Origin: Burkholderiales bacterium
Lineage (GTDB): Bacteria; Pseudomonadota; Gammaproteobacteria; Burkholderiales; CAIKXV01
Direction: 5' to 3'
NCBI GenBank assembly: GCA_038205245.1
Contig: JBBRCD010000006.1
Location: forward strand, 692 to 64,691
Length of the DNA: 64,000 bases
A model generated the notes under the pieces. That model was not told where the DNA came from, did not search any database, and worked only from the letters and a program-made list of their open reading frames with translations. A program made the translations under genes and the position numbers. This document shows positions 24,784 to 34,992 of this stretch, piece after piece; position 1 is the first letter of the stretch, and each line of letters opens with the position of its first letter.

Positions 24784-25827
24784 ATGAAACGCAGAGAATT
24801 GATTATCGGTCTGGCGCTGGCCGGACTCGCAGGCAACGCCCCGCTGGCGCTTGCGCAGGTTCAGGAAATCGTCGGTGCGGGCGCGACCTTCCCCGCTCCG
24901 CTCTACGTTCGCTGGGCCGCGGATTACAACAAGGCCACTGGCGTGAGGGTCAATTACCAGTCGATCGGTTCCGGTGGTGGCCTGCGCCAGATTCGTGGCA
25001 AGACCGTCGATTTCGGTGCATCGGATGTGCCGCTGACCGACGAGGAACTGGCGAAAGACGGTCTGCTCCAATTCCCGACCGTGATCGGTGGGGTGGTGCC
25101 GATCATCAACGTTCAAGGCGTGCAGACTCGGCAGATGCGACTGACTGGTGAACTCCTTGGCGATATCTTTCTCGGCAAGGTAACCCGATGGAACGACCCG
25201 GCCATCGTGAAGCTCAACCCGGGCCTGAAGTTACCGGACACGCAGATCGCGCCGGTTCGCCGGGCGGACGGCTCGGGAACGACGTTCATCTTCACCAACT
25301 ATCTGTCGAAGGTGAACCCCGAGTGGCGGGCGAAGGTCGGGGAGGGCGCAGCGGTCAACTGGCCGACCGGCGCAGGCGGGAAAGGCAATGAGGGCGTGAC
25401 CGCCTTCGTGCAGCGACTGCCCAACTCGATCGGGTATGTCGAATTCTCCTATGCGCGCCAGAACAAGCTGCCCTATGCGTTGATGCAGAACTCGGCGGGC
25501 AACTTCGTTGCCCCGGATGACAGCACCTTCGCGGCCGCTGCAGTGGGTGCGGATTGGTCGAGGACTTTCTACCAGATCTTGACCAACCAGCCGCACAAGG
25601 ATGCATGGCCGATCACTGGCGCGACGTTCATCGTGATGCATCGCATCCAGGACCGCCCACAGAACGCCACTGCCGTGTTGCGGTTCTTCGACTGGGCGTA
25701 TGACAACGGGCGCAAGACGGCGGAGGACCTTGATTATGTCCCGATGCCGGACTCGGTCGTGAAGTCGGTCCGCAGCTTGTGGGGACAGATCACTGACGCC
25801 AACAAGAAGCCGGTCTACAGCAAGTAA
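24784..25827 (+). CDS. pstS: Phosphate ABC transporter substrate-binding protein PstS
   Basis: Signal peptide MKRRELIIGLALAGLAGNAPLALAQ. PstS motifs GAGATFPAPLY and RADGSGTTFIFTNYL. Confidence 0.95.
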   Translation: MKRRELIIGLALAGLAGNAPLALAQVQEIVGAGATFPAPLYVRWAADYNKATGVRVNYQSIGSGGGLRQIRGKTVDFGASDVPLTDEELAKDGLLQFPTVIGGVVPIINVQGVQTRQMRLTGELLGDIFLGKVTRWNDPAIVKLNPGLKLPDTQIAPVRRADGSGTTFIFTNYLSKVNPEWRAKVGEGAAVNWPTGAGGKGNEGVTAFVQRLPNSIGYVEFSYARQNKLPYALMQNSAGNFVAPDDSTFAAAAVGADWSRTFYQILTNQPHKDAWPITGATFIVMHRIQDRPQNATAVLRFFDWAYDNGRKTAEDLDYVPMPDSVVKSVRSLWGQITDANKKPVYSK

Positions 25828-25912
25828 AGAGCGCTGGCGGTCCCACAATCTCCTTCGGGGTGGCCGTATGATTCGGTCTCCCCGCTGACTTTCCAGCGGA
25901 GGAAATAGAACA

Positions 25913-26926
25913 ATGGAGGCGATCCTGGGCGGTGAACAGGCACGTGAGCGGGCACAGCCGGACGCGCCTGCCCCTAAGCGGTTCCGTAAGGACGATCGCT
26001 TCGGCGACACGGTGTTCATGGTGCTGACAACGGGCGCGGCACTGGTCACCCTGGCTTTGCTGGTGGGCATCATCGTTTCTTTGCTTTTCGGCGCGCTGCC
26101 GTCGATTCGGGAGTTCGGGCCCGCTTTCTTCTACACCGCAGAGTGGGATCCGGTCAAAGAGCGGTTCGGCGGGCTGGTGATGATCTACGGCACGCTGATC
26201 ACCTCCTTCATCGCACTGCTGATCGCGGTGCCGGTGAGCTTCGGCATTGCGCTGTTTCTCACCGAGTTGTCCCCGGGATGGTTGCGCCGTCCGCTCGGCA
26301 CCGCGATCGAGCTGCTGGCCGCGGTGCCGTCGATCGTTTACGGCATGTGGGGCCTGCTGGTGTTCGCGCCTATCTTCTCCGACTATTTCCAGATTCCGCT
26401 GCAGAACACACTCGGCCATGTGCCCGTTCTCGGCGCACTGTTCCAGGGACCGCCGATCGGGATTGGAATTCTGTGTGCCTCGATCATTCTGGCGATCATG
26501 ATCATCCCGTTCATCGCTTCGGTGATGCGCGACGTGTTCGAGGTGACTCCGCCGCTGCTCAAGGAGTCCGCCTACGCCCTGGGTGCGACCACCTGGGAAG
26601 TGGTCTGGAAGGTGGTACTGCCCTACACCAAGGCGGGCGTGGTCGGGGGCATCATGCTGGGATTGGGCCGTGCGCTGGGTGAGACGATGGCCATCACATT
26701 CGTCATCGGCAACGTCAACCAGCTCAACAGCATTTCGCTGTTCGATCCGGCCAACAGCATCACCTCTGCGCTGGCCAACGAGTTCGCGGAGGCGAACCCG
26801 GGCAGCCTGCATGAAGCTTCTTTGATTCAGCTGGGCCTGATCCTGTTCCTGATCACCTTCATCGTGCTCGCAGTGTCGAAGCTACTGCTGAAGACGCTCG
26901 AGAGGCGTGAAGGGGGACGGACATGA
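25913..26926 (+). CDS. pstC: Phosphate ABC transporter permease PstC
   Basis: 337-aa multi-TM ORF between pstS and pstA, with an EAA-like loop ([14 protein letters not shown]). Confidence 0.93.
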   Translation: MEAILGGEQARERAQPDAPAPKRFRKDDRFGDTVFMVLTTGAALVTLALLVGIIVSLLFGALPSIREFGPAFFYTAEWDPVKERFGGLVMIYGTLITSFIALLIAVPVSFGIALFLTELSPGWLRRPLGTAIELLAAVPSIVYGMWGLLVFAPIFSDYFQIPLQNTLGHVPVLGALFQGPPIGIGILCASIILAIMIIPFIASVMRDVFEVTPPLLKESAYALGATTWEVVWKVVLPYTKAGVVGGIMLGLGRALGETMAITFVIGNVNQLNSISLFDPANSITSALANEFAEANPGSLHEASLIQLGLILFLITFIVLAVSKLLLKTLERREGGRT

Positions 26927-27789
26927 GCGTCTGGGCGGCCGACGACCCGCGCCTGCACATGCACCGCAGGCGCAAACTGATCAACGCGTTGGCGCTGATA
27001 CTGTCGCTGGCGGCGATGGCTTTCGGTCTGTTCTGGCTGTTCTGGATTCTGATCGAGACCGCGATTCTCGGCGTGGGCGGATTATCGGTGGCGCTGTTCA
27101 CCGAGATGACGCCACCGCCGAACGTACCCGGCGGTGGGTTGGCGAACGCCATTTACGGCTCGCTGGTCATGGTGAGTCTGGCGACCCTGCTCGGCACACC
27201 GATCGGCGTGCTCGCCGGTGTTTATCTGGGCGAGTACGGTCGCCAGAGCTGGCTGGGCGAGGTCACCCGGTTCGTCAATGACATTCTGTTGTCGGCGCCA
27301 TCGATCGTGATCGGCCTGTTCATTTACGCGATCGTGGTCGCCAAGATGAAGTCTTTCTCGGGCATGGCCGGTATTCTGGCGCTGGCGCTGATCGTGATTC
27401 CGGTGGTGGTGCGAACCACCGAGAACATGCTGCAGCTCATCCCGAACCAGTTGCGCGAAGCGGCTTACGCACTCGGTGCGCCCAAATGGAAAGTCATCAT
27501 GCTGGTGACGCTCAAGGCGGCGCGTGCCGGCGTGGTGACCGGCGTGCTGCTGGCCGTCGCGCGTATCGCCGGGGAGACCGCCCCGCTGCTGTTCACTGCA
27601 CTGTCGAATCAGTTCTGGAGCATGAACCTGCTGGAACCGATGGCCAACCTGCCGGTCACCATCTTCAAGTTCGCCCTCAGCCCGTTCGAGAACTGGCAGA
27701 AGATGGCCTGGGCCGGCGTGTTCCTGATAACCATGGGCGTGCTCGCGCTCAACATCATCGCCCGCGTGATTTTCCGCAAAAAGGACTGA
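26923..27789 (+). CDS. pstA: Phosphate ABC transporter permease PstA
   Basis: 288-aa multi-TM ORF that overlaps the pstC stop by 4 nt. Contains [15 protein letters not shown]. Confidence 0.93.
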   Translation: MSVWAADDPRLHMHRRRKLINALALILSLAAMAFGLFWLFWILIETAILGVGGLSVALFTEMTPPPNVPGGGLANAIYGSLVMVSLATLLGTPIGVLAGVYLGEYGRQSWLGEVTRFVNDILLSAPSIVIGLFIYAIVVAKMKSFSGMAGILALALIVIPVVVRTTENMLQLIPNQLREAAYALGAPKWKVIMLVTLKAARAGVVTGVLLAVARIAGETAPLLFTALSNQFWSMNLLEPMANLPVTIFKFALSPFENWQKMAWAGVFLITMGVLALNIIARVIFRKKD

Positions 27790-27791
27790 TC

Positions 27792-28589
27792 GTGCTCGCT
27801 AGCTCAATCACACCAGCAGCCAACACCGCTGTCGCCGCGACCAAGATCAAGGTCGAAGGTCTGAATTTCTACTACGGAGAATTCCTCGCGCTGAAGAACA
27901 TCAACCTGGAGATTCCCGAGCGCCGGGTGACCGCGTTCATCGGACCTTCCGGATGCGGCAAGTCGACCCTGCTGCGCGTGTTCAACCGGATGTACGAGCT
28001 CTACCCCGAGCAGCGCGCCGAGGGCAAGGTTGTGCTCGACGGCGACGATATTCTCTCGACCCGAGAAGACGTTTCGCTGATCCGGGCCAAGGTCGGCATG
28101 GTGTTCCAGAAGCCGACGCCGTTTCCGATGACCATCTACGAGAACATCGCGTTCGGGGTCAGGTTGTTCGAGAAACTCGGGCGCACCGAGATGGACGAGC
28201 GGGTCGAGTGGGCATTGAACCGCGCGGCATTGTGGAAGGAAGCGAAGGACAAGCTGCACCAGTCCGGTAACAGCCTGTCCGGTGGTCAGCAGCAGCGGTT
28301 GTGCATTGCGCGCGGCATCGCGATCAAGCCGGAGGTACTGTTGCTCGACGAGCCCTGTTCAGCGCTCGATCCGATCTCGACCGCGAAGATCGAGGAGCTG
28401 ATCAACGAACTCAAGCGTGACTATACGGTAGTGATCGTCACCCACAACATGCAGCAGGCTGCCCGGGTGTCCGATTTCACCGCGTACATGTACCTCGGCG
28501 AACTGATGGAGTTCGGTGTCACCGAGACGCTGTTCATCAAGCCCAGCCGGAAAGAGACCGAGGATTACATCACCGGCCGGTTCGGCTGA
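27792..28589 (+). CDS. pstB: Phosphate ABC transporter ATP-binding protein PstB
   Basis: GTG at 27792, 2 nt after the pstA stop, with AAGGA upstream. Walker [10 protein letters not shown], signature LSGGQQQR and Walker B LLLDEP. The track ORF from 27486 is an over-extension into pstA. Confidence 0.95.
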   Translation: MLASSITPAANTAVAATKIKVEGLNFYYGEFLALKNINLEIPERRVTAFIGPSGCGKSTLLRVFNRMYELYPEQRAEGKVVLDGDDILSTREDVSLIRAKVGMVFQKPTPFPMTIYENIAFGVRLFEKLGRTEMDERVEWALNRAALWKEAKDKLHQSGNSLSGGQQQRLCIARGIAIKPEVLLLDEPCSALDPISTAKIEELINELKRDYTVVIVTHNMQQAARVSDFTAYMYLGELMEFGVTETLFIKPSRKETEDYITGRFG

Positions 28590-28743
28590 GCCGCGCCGGG
28601 CGCAGCGACACCACAGCTGCGGGCTGTCGGAATCCGGCCGCCGCCGGTCACTTACGCCTCCGTTTCCACGGACGCCCTCCTGCAGTTTGACCCTGACCCA
28701 GCCGCCGGCCTATACTTGGCGGGTTTAATTCGGGTGACGGGTG

Positions 28744-29490
28744 ATGCGGGCGAAACACGTGGTGGGCAACTGGAAGATGCACGGCTCGCTCGAGCGCAAT
28801 GCAGTGCTGCTCGCTGCGCTTGCCGGCCACTTCACGGCAGGTGCCGCGGGCACGGGGAATGTCGGCGTTTGCGTACCATTCCCTTTTCTCGCCCAGGCAG
28901 GATCGCTGCTGAAGGGTAGTGCCGTGGCCTGGGGCGCACAGGACGTCAGTGCCCACGCCCAGGGGGCGTTCACCGGCGAGGTCTCTGCTGCCATGCTCAC
29001 GGAATTTGGCACCTCGTACGTGATCGTTGGCCATTCTGAGCGGCGGGCGCATCATGCCGAAAGCAGTGCGCTGGTGGCGGCGAAAGCCGCTGCGGCGCTG
29101 ACGGCCGGGTTGACTCCAATCATCTGTGTTGGTGAAACCCTTGAAGAGCGCAAGGCCGAGATGACCGAAACCGTGGTCGGCGGCCAGCTTGCAGTCTGCG
29201 TAGAGACCCTCGGGCTGGATTCGCTGGCCAGATGCGTCATTGCTTATGAACCGGTGTGGGCAATCGGCACCGGCCTCAATGCGTCACCGCCACAGGTGCA
29301 GGCGGTGCACGCCTTTCTGCGCTCACGGCTCGGCCGGGCGGGCGGCGAGGTGTCACTGCTTTATGGGGGCAGCGTCAAGGCGTCGAACGCTCGCGAGTTG
29401 TTCGCGATGCCGGATGTAGATGGTGGGTTGATCGGCGGCGCGTCGCTGTCGTTCGAGGATTTTGCACCAGTGTGCCGGGCGTTCGCTTAA
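28744..29490 (+). CDS. tpiA: Triosephosphate isomerase
   Basis: VVGNWKMHGS, IVGHSERR and AYEPVWAIGTG. Confidence 0.96.
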   Translation: MRAKHVVGNWKMHGSLERNAVLLAALAGHFTAGAAGTGNVGVCVPFPFLAQAGSLLKGSAVAWGAQDVSAHAQGAFTGEVSAAMLTEFGTSYVIVGHSERRAHHAESSALVAAKAAAALTAGLTPIICVGETLEERKAEMTETVVGGQLAVCVETLGLDSLARCVIAYEPVWAIGTGLNASPPQVQAVHAFLRSRLGRAGGEVSLLYGGSVKASNARELFAMPDVDGGLIGGASLSFEDFAPVCRAFA

Positions 29491-29497
29491 AACATGA

Positions 29498-29546
29498 AGT
29501 CACTGCAGCCAGTCACTGCAGGAAGTCACGACAGGAAGTCACAGAC
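29498..29546 (+). repeat. Four AGTCAC-containing 13-14-bp tandem units abutting the secG ATG
   Basis: AGTCACTGCAGCC AGTCACTGCAGGA AGTCACGACAGGA AGTCACAGAC, followed directly by the ATG. Confidence 0.85.
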
Positions 29547-29975
29547 ATGCTTCAGAATTCGATCCTGGTGTTCCACGTCCTCGCAGCAGGCGCGATCGTG
29601 GTCTTCGTACTGCTCCAGCACGGCAAGGGCGCAGACATGGGTGCGGCGTTCGGCAGCGGCTCGGCCGGCAGCCTGTTCGGTTCCAGCGGGTCGGCCAACT
29701 TCCTCAGTCGCATGACCGCGGTCTTGGCCACATTTTTCTTCGTCACCAGTCTGGTGCTGACCTACATTGCAGCCCATTCCGGACCGTCGCGCAGCCTGAT
29801 GGAGCGGGTGCCTGCCGCGCCCGCCCAGGTGCCATCGGCACCGGGTACCAGCTCGATCCCCGCGCCCAGCGCGCCGGCGGGGGTTGCACCCGCACCTTCA
29901 TCTGCGCCCGCCTCCGTGTCTACCGGCCAGCCCGCCGCAGAAGCGGACCGGAAGTCGCAGGAAATTCCGAAGTAA
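29547..29975 (+). CDS. secG: Preprotein translocase subunit SecG
   Basis: MLQNSILVFHVLAAGAIVVFVLLQHGKGADMGAAFGSGSAGSLFGSSGSANFLSRMT, followed by a Pro/Ala/Ser-rich tail. Conserved tpiA-secG-tRNA-Leu-nuoA context. Confidence 0.93.
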   Translation: MLQNSILVFHVLAAGAIVVFVLLQHGKGADMGAAFGSGSAGSLFGSSGSANFLSRMTAVLATFFFVTSLVLTYIAAHSGPSRSLMERVPAAPAQVPSAPGTSSIPAPSAPAGVAPAPSSAPASVSTGQPAAEADRKSQEIPK

Positions 29976-30087
29976 GCAAGGACGATTAGTCGAAAGTAAG
30001 CGACAATATCGAGGTGGCGAAGCAGGACACGGGACAGGTACGCGTGGTTGCTCGCCGGGTTAGTCTCTGCAGTTCGGTAGTTGGTAT

Positions 30088-30172
30088 GCCCACGTGGTGG
30101 AATTGGTAGACACGCTGTCTTGAGGGGGCAGTGGCGAAAGCCGTGTCAGTTCGAGTCTGATCGTGGGCACCA
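30088..30172 (+). tRNA. tRNA-Leu (anticodon GAG)
   Basis: GCCCACG...CGTGGGCACCA acceptor stem. GTGGAATTGGTAGACAC D-arm typical of tRNA-Leu. Anticodon arm CTGTC-TTGAGGG-GGCAG. Long variable arm. T-arm GTCAG-TTCGAGT-CTGAT. Confidence 0.92.
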
Positions 30173-30318
30173 GAGATTGCGGCACCGGCGCACTGCTGAC
30201 GGAAACCTGAACGCGTCCTCACGAGCGTTCGCTCCGGACGGCACTGTTCATTCGCGCGCGACTTCCCGGACTACCCCCGGCGGCCGGCCAAACCCCCGAC
30301 TCGACGGTTGATCAAGCA

Positions 30319-30687
30319 GTGCTAGAAGGTTACCTGCCCATTTTGTTGTTCATCGGCGTAGGGCTCGCTTTCGGGCTGGTTCTGCCGTTGGTAGGCTGGA
30401 TCGCCAGTTCGGCCACGGGCGCGAACCGGCCGAACCCGGAGAAGCTCTCCCCGTACGAATGCGGCTTCGAGGCGTTCGAGGATGCGCGGATGAAGTTCGA
30501 TGTCCGCTACTACCTGGTTGCGATCCTGTTCATCCTGTTCGACCTGGAGATCGCGTTCCTGTTCCCGTGGGCAGTGGTGCTCGTCGACATCGGCTGGTTC
30601 GGCCTGGCTGCGATGTCGATCTTTCTGTTGATCCTGGTTGTTGGATTCATCTACGAATGGAAGAAGGGGGCGCTCGAATGGGAGTGA
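30319..30687 (+). CDS. nuoA: NADH-quinone oxidoreductase subunit A
   Basis: 122-aa, 3-TM protein containing [10 protein letters not shown]. First gene of the nuo cluster. Confidence 0.95.
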   Translation: MLEGYLPILLFIGVGLAFGLVLPLVGWIASSATGANRPNPEKLSPYECGFEAFEDARMKFDVRYYLVAILFILFDLEIAFLFPWAVVLVDIGWFGLAAMSIFLLILVVGFIYEWKKGALEWE

Positions 30688-31163
30688 CTGATGTCTTTCC
30701 CGGCGCCGAGCAGGGGTTCGTCACCACTTCTGCCGACAAGCTGATCAACTGGACCCGCACCGGGTCGCTGTGGCCGATGACTTTCGGGCTGGCCTGTTGC
30801 GCCGTCGAGATGATGCATGCCGGCGCCGCGCGCTATGACATGGATCGCTTCGGCGTGATCTTCCGCCCCAGCCCGCGGCAATCCGACGTGATGATCGTGG
30901 CCGGGACGCTATGCAACAAGATGGCGCCGGCGCTGCGCAAGGTCTACGACCAGATGGCCGAGCCGCGCTGGGTGATCTCGATGGGCTCCTGTGCCAACGG
31001 TGGTGGCTACTACCACTACTCGTACTCGGTGGTGCGCGGCTGCGACCGTATCGTGCCAGTGGACGTCTACGTGCCCGGCTGCCCGCCGACCGCTGAAGCA
31101 CTGCTCTACGGCATCATCCAGTTGCAGAACAAGATCAAGCGTCAGAGCACCTTCGCCCGATGA
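30678..31163 (+). CDS. nuoB: NADH-quinone oxidoreductase subunit B
   Basis: The ATG at 30678 overlaps the nuoA end. [17 protein letters not shown] and [10 protein letters not shown]...[10 protein letters not shown] (N2 cluster ligands). Confidence 0.96.
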   Translation: MGVTDVFPGAEQGFVTTSADKLINWTRTGSLWPMTFGLACCAVEMMHAGAARYDMDRFGVIFRPSPRQSDVMIVAGTLCNKMAPALRKVYDQMAEPRWVISMGSCANGGGYYHYSYSVVRGCDRIVPVDVYVPGCPPTAEALLYGIIQLQNKIKRQSTFAR

Positions 31164-31786
31164 GCCTGCCTCCGGACCAGCTTCAGGCCAGGGTCGAGGC
31201 CGCCCTGTCAGGGCTGTTCCCTGGCGCTGCCGGCAGCGTCACGCTCGCCCATGACGAACTGACTGTGGTGGTGCCTGCTGACCATCTTGTCGAGGCGATG
31301 ATCCGACTGCGCGACAGCGCCGAGCTGCGCTTCGCCCAGTTGATAGACCTGTGCGGGGTCGACTGGTCGGGCTACGGCGATGGCGCCTGGGACGGTGCGC
31401 GCTTTTCGGTCGTCTACCACCTGCTGTCGCTCGAACACAACGCACGGCTTCGGGTGCGTGCGTTCGCCGCAGATGACGAGTTCCCTGCGCTGGCCTCGGT
31501 GACCGCGGTCTGGGCCGGGGCGAACTGGTACGAGCGTGAGGCCTTCGACCTGTTCGGCATCGTGTTCGAAGGCCATCCCGATCTGCGCCGCATCCTGACC
31601 GACTACGGGTTCGTGGGGCATCCGTTTCGCAAGGACTTCCCGGTGTCGGGCTATGTCGAGATGCGCTATGACCCGGATCAGAAGCGGGTCATCTACCAGC
31701 CGGTGACCATCGAGCCGCGCGAGGTGGTGCCGCGGGTGATTCGCGAGGACAACTACGCGGACAGCGAAGGCTTCCGCAAGGGCTGA
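31160..31786 (+). CDS. nuoC: NADH-quinone oxidoreductase subunit C
   Basis: 208 aa with [29 protein letters not shown]. Confidence 0.95.
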   Translation: MSLPPDQLQARVEAALSGLFPGAAGSVTLAHDELTVVVPADHLVEAMIRLRDSAELRFAQLIDLCGVDWSGYGDGAWDGARFSVVYHLLSLEHNARLRVRAFAADDEFPALASVTAVWAGANWYEREAFDLFGIVFEGHPDLRRILTDYGFVGHPFRKDFPVSGYVEMRYDPDQKRVIYQPVTIEPREVVPRVIREDNYADSEGFRKG

Positions 31787-31796
31787 TCGAGCGACC

Positions 31797-33050
31797 ATGG
31801 CCGAGATCAAGAACTACACGATGAATTTTGGGCCCCAGCACCCAGCGGCCCACGGTGTGCTGCGGCTGGTGCTCGAACTGGACGGGGAGGTGATCGAACG
31901 CGCCGACCCGCACATCGGACTGCTGCACCGGGCGACCGAGAAGCTCGCCGAAACGCGCACCTTCCTGCAGTCGGTGCCCTACATGGACCGGCTCGACTAC
32001 GTGTCGATGATGTGCAACGAGCATGCCTATGTGATGGCGATCGAGAAGCTCGTCGGCGTGGTGCCGCCAGTGCGGGCCCAGTATATCCGGGTGATGTTCG
32101 ACGAAATCACCCGCACCCTGAACCACCTGCTCTGGCTGGGCGCCCATGGCCTGGATATCGGTGCCATGACGGTGTTTCTCTACTGCTTTCGCGAGCGCGA
32201 AGACCTGATGGACTGCTACGAGGCGGTGTCTGGCGCGCGCATGCATGCCGCCTACTATCGACCGGGCGGGGTCTACCGCGATCTGCCCGACCGCATGCCG
32301 CAGTACCAGCCCTCGACCATCCGCAGCGATGCGGACGTGCGCCGGTTGAACGAAACACGGCAGGGCTCGTTGCTCGATTTCATCGAGTCGTTCACGGAAC
32401 GCTTCCCCGGTTGTGTCGACGAGTACGAGACGCTGCTGACCGACAACCGCATCTGGAAACAGCGCACCGTCGGCATCGGCGTGGTGACCCCGGAGCGGGC
32501 GCTGCAGCTCGGGTTTACCGGCCCGATGCTGCGCGGCTCGGGCATCGAATGGGACCTGCGGCGCAAGCAACCCTATGAGGTCTACGACCAGATGAAATTC
32601 GACATCCCGGTCGGTGTGAATGGCGACTGCTATGACCGCTATCTGGTGCGCATCGAGGAGATGCGCCAGTCCAATGCGATCGTGCGTCAGTGTATCGACT
32701 GGCTGCGCCGGAACCCGGGGCCGGTCATTTCGGACAGCCACAAGGTGGCCGCACCGCACCGGGTCGACATGAAGATGAACATGGAAGAGATGATCCACCA
32801 CTTCAAGCTGTTCACCGAAGGCATGCATGTGCCGCTGGGCGAGGCCTATGCAGCGGTGGAGCATCCGAAGGGCGAGTTCGGCATCTACCTGGTGTCTGAC
32901 GGGGCGAACAAGCCCTACCGGTTGAAGATCCGCGCCCCGGGTTTCCCCCATCTGGCGGCGATCGACGAGATGGCGCGCGGGCACATGATCGCCGATGTGG
33001 TGGCGATCATCGGCACCCAGGACATCGTGTTCGGCGAGATTGATCGATGA
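31797..33050 (+). CDS. nuoD: NADH-quinone oxidoreductase subunit D
   Basis: 417 aa. [15 protein letters not shown] and a C-terminal DIVFGEIDR. Confidence 0.97.
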   Translation: MAEIKNYTMNFGPQHPAAHGVLRLVLELDGEVIERADPHIGLLHRATEKLAETRTFLQSVPYMDRLDYVSMMCNEHAYVMAIEKLVGVVPPVRAQYIRVMFDEITRTLNHLLWLGAHGLDIGAMTVFLYCFREREDLMDCYEAVSGARMHAAYYRPGGVYRDLPDRMPQYQPSTIRSDADVRRLNETRQGSLLDFIESFTERFPGCVDEYETLLTDNRIWKQRTVGIGVVTPERALQLGFTGPMLRGSGIEWDLRRKQPYEVYDQMKFDIPVGVNGDCYDRYLVRIEEMRQSNAIVRQCIDWLRRNPGPVISDSHKVAAPHRVDMKMNMEEMIHHFKLFTEGMHVPLGEAYAAVEHPKGEFGIYLVSDGANKPYRLKIRAPGFPHLAAIDEMARGHMIADVVAIIGTQDIVFGEIDR

Positions 33051-33057
33051 GCGAACG

Positions 33058-33609
33058 ATGAACGCATCGGCACCGGCACCCGTACCCGCGTACGCAGCCG
33101 CCCCCCAGCCCGCTTCCACGACGCTGTCGCCGGAATCGATGGCGAAGATCGATCGCGAGATCGCCAAGTATCCGTCCGAGCAGCGGCAGTCGGCGGTGAT
33201 GGCGTCGCTCGCCATCGCGCAGCGCGAGAAGGGCTGGCTGGCCACTGAAACGATGGACTTCGTCGCCCGGTACCTGCGGATGCCGGCGGTGGCGGTGTAC
33301 GAGGTGGCGACGTTCTACACGATGTATAACATGGCCCCGGTTGGTCGCAACAAGCTGACCCTGTGTACCAATCTGCCATGCGCCCTGCAGGGGGCGACGG
33401 TGGCTGCCGATCACCTGAAGAAGACGCTCGGTATCGGCTTTGGCCAGACCACGGCTGATGGCTGCTTCACGCTGAAGGAAGGCGAGTGCATGGGTGCCTG
33501 CGGTGATGCGCCGGTGCTGATCAACAACGATACGACCATGCTGTCCTGGATGACCCCGGATCGGCTGGATGTTCTGCTGGCCGACCTGCGCAAGGAGTCC
33601 TCGAAGTGA
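33058..33609 (+). CDS. nuoE: NADH-quinone oxidoreductase subunit E
   Basis: ATG at 33058. 2Fe-2S thioredoxin-like pattern: [11 protein letters not shown]...[11 protein letters not shown]. Confidence 0.94.
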   Translation: MNASAPAPVPAYAAAPQPASTTLSPESMAKIDREIAKYPSEQRQSAVMASLAIAQREKGWLATETMDFVARYLRMPAVAVYEVATFYTMYNMAPVGRNKLTLCTNLPCALQGATVAADHLKKTLGIGFGQTTADGCFTLKEGECMGACGDAPVLINNDTTMLSWMTPDRLDVLLADLRKESSK

Positions 33610-34988
33610 ACGCGCCGTTGCCGCCGCTTTGCCTGCCCCCGTTCAATGCCGGGATCTACGGACCGGACGCGGTCATCCTCGAGGGGCTGGATGGCCTCAA
33701 CTGGCGGTTGCGCGACTACGAGGCGCGCGGTGGTTACCAGGCGATCAGGAAGATCCTGTCCGAGAAGATACCGCCGGACGCAGTGATTGCCGAGCTCAAG
33801 AAATCGGCGCTGCGTGGCCGGGGCGGAGCCGGGTTTCCGACCGGGCTCAAGTGGAGCTTCATGCCGAAGAACTACGCTGGTCAGAAGTATCTGGTCTGCA
33901 ACTCGGACGAGGGCGAGCCGGGCACGTTCAAGGACCGGGACATCATGCGCTACAACCCGCATATCCTGATCGAGGGGATGGCAATCGGTGCGTACGCGAT
34001 GGGCATCACGGTCGGCTACAACTACATTCATGGCGAGATCTGGGATGTGTACGAGCGCTTCGAAGAGGCGCTGGACGAGGCGCGCGCCGCGGGTTACCTG
34101 GGCGATCGCATCCTGGGCAGCGAGTTTTCGTTCCAGTTGCATGCGCACCATGGCTTTGGCGCCTACATCTGCGGCGAAGAGACCGCGCTGCTCGAGTCGC
34201 TCGAAGGCAAGAAGGGGAACCCGAGATTCAAGCCGCCGTTTCCCGCGACCTTCGGCCTGTACGGCAAGCCGACCACGATCAACAACACCGAGACGTTCGC
34301 CGCCGTGCCATGGATCATCAACAACGGTGGCGAGGCTTTCCTCAACCTCGGCAAACCGAACAACGGCGGCACCAAGGTGTTCTCGGTGAGCGGTGATGTC
34401 GCCCGCCCGGGCAACTACGAGATCAGGCTGGGCACACCGTTCGCGACCCTGCTCGAGATGGCTGGCGGCATGCGTGACGGGGTGAAGCTGAAGGCGGTGA
34501 TCCCCGGGGGTTCGTCGATGCCGGTGCTGCCTGCGGCGACGATGATGGCGCTCGATATGGATTACGACTCGATCCAGAAGGCCGGCTCGTTTCTCGGTTC
34601 GGGTGCGGTGATCGTGATGAACGAGACACGCTGCATGGTGCGCTGCCTGCTCAGGTTGTCTTATTTTTACTACGAAGAGTCCTGCGGTCAGTGCACGCCC
34701 TGCCGCGAAGGCACCGGCTGGCTGTACCGGGTAGTCGAGCGCATCGAGACCGGCCGCGGCCGGCAGGAGGATCTCGATCTGCTGCTCAACCTGTGCGACA
34801 ACATCCAGGGCCGAACCATCTGCGCGCTGGGAGACGCGGCGGCGATGCCGGTGCGCGCGTTCATCAAGGCTTTCCGGGACGAGTTCCAGCACCATATCGA
34901 TCACAAGCGGTGCCTGGTCGGTGGTCCGGCCCAACCTGGCGCAGGCGCACACCCGCCGGCTGCTGCAGCCCTGGCAACACACGGATAG
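33606..34988 (+). CDS. nuoF: NADH-quinone oxidoreductase subunit F
   Basis: [16 protein letters not shown] site and [12 protein letters not shown] 4Fe-4S motif. Confidence 0.97.
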   Translation: MNAPLPPLCLPPFNAGIYGPDAVILEGLDGLNWRLRDYEARGGYQAIRKILSEKIPPDAVIAELKKSALRGRGGAGFPTGLKWSFMPKNYAGQKYLVCNSDEGEPGTFKDRDIMRYNPHILIEGMAIGAYAMGITVGYNYIHGEIWDVYERFEEALDEARAAGYLGDRILGSEFSFQLHAHHGFGAYICGEETALLESLEGKKGNPRFKPPFPATFGLYGKPTTINNTETFAAVPWIINNGGEAFLNLGKPNNGGTKVFSVSGDVARPGNYEIRLGTPFATLLEMAGGMRDGVKLKAVIPGGSSMPVLPAATMMALDMDYDSIQKAGSFLGSGAVIVMNETRCMVRCLLRLSYFYYEESCGQCTPCREGTGWLYRVVERIETGRGRQEDLDLLLNLCDNIQGRTICALGDAAAMPVRAFIKAFRDEFQHHIDHKRCLVGGPAQPGAGAHPPAAAALATHG

Positions 34989-34992
34989 CACG

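Noticed and set aside
28590-28743. Absence of phoU after pstB as evidence of an unusual Pho system.
   Set aside because: phoU is frequently encoded elsewhere in the genome, so absence from this window is uninformative.
29976-30318. tRNA-Leu as an integration hotspot or genomic-island boundary.
   Set aside because: No integrase, direct repeat of the tRNA 3' end, or compositional break follows it. The secG-tRNA-Leu-nuoA arrangement is a conserved core arrangement.
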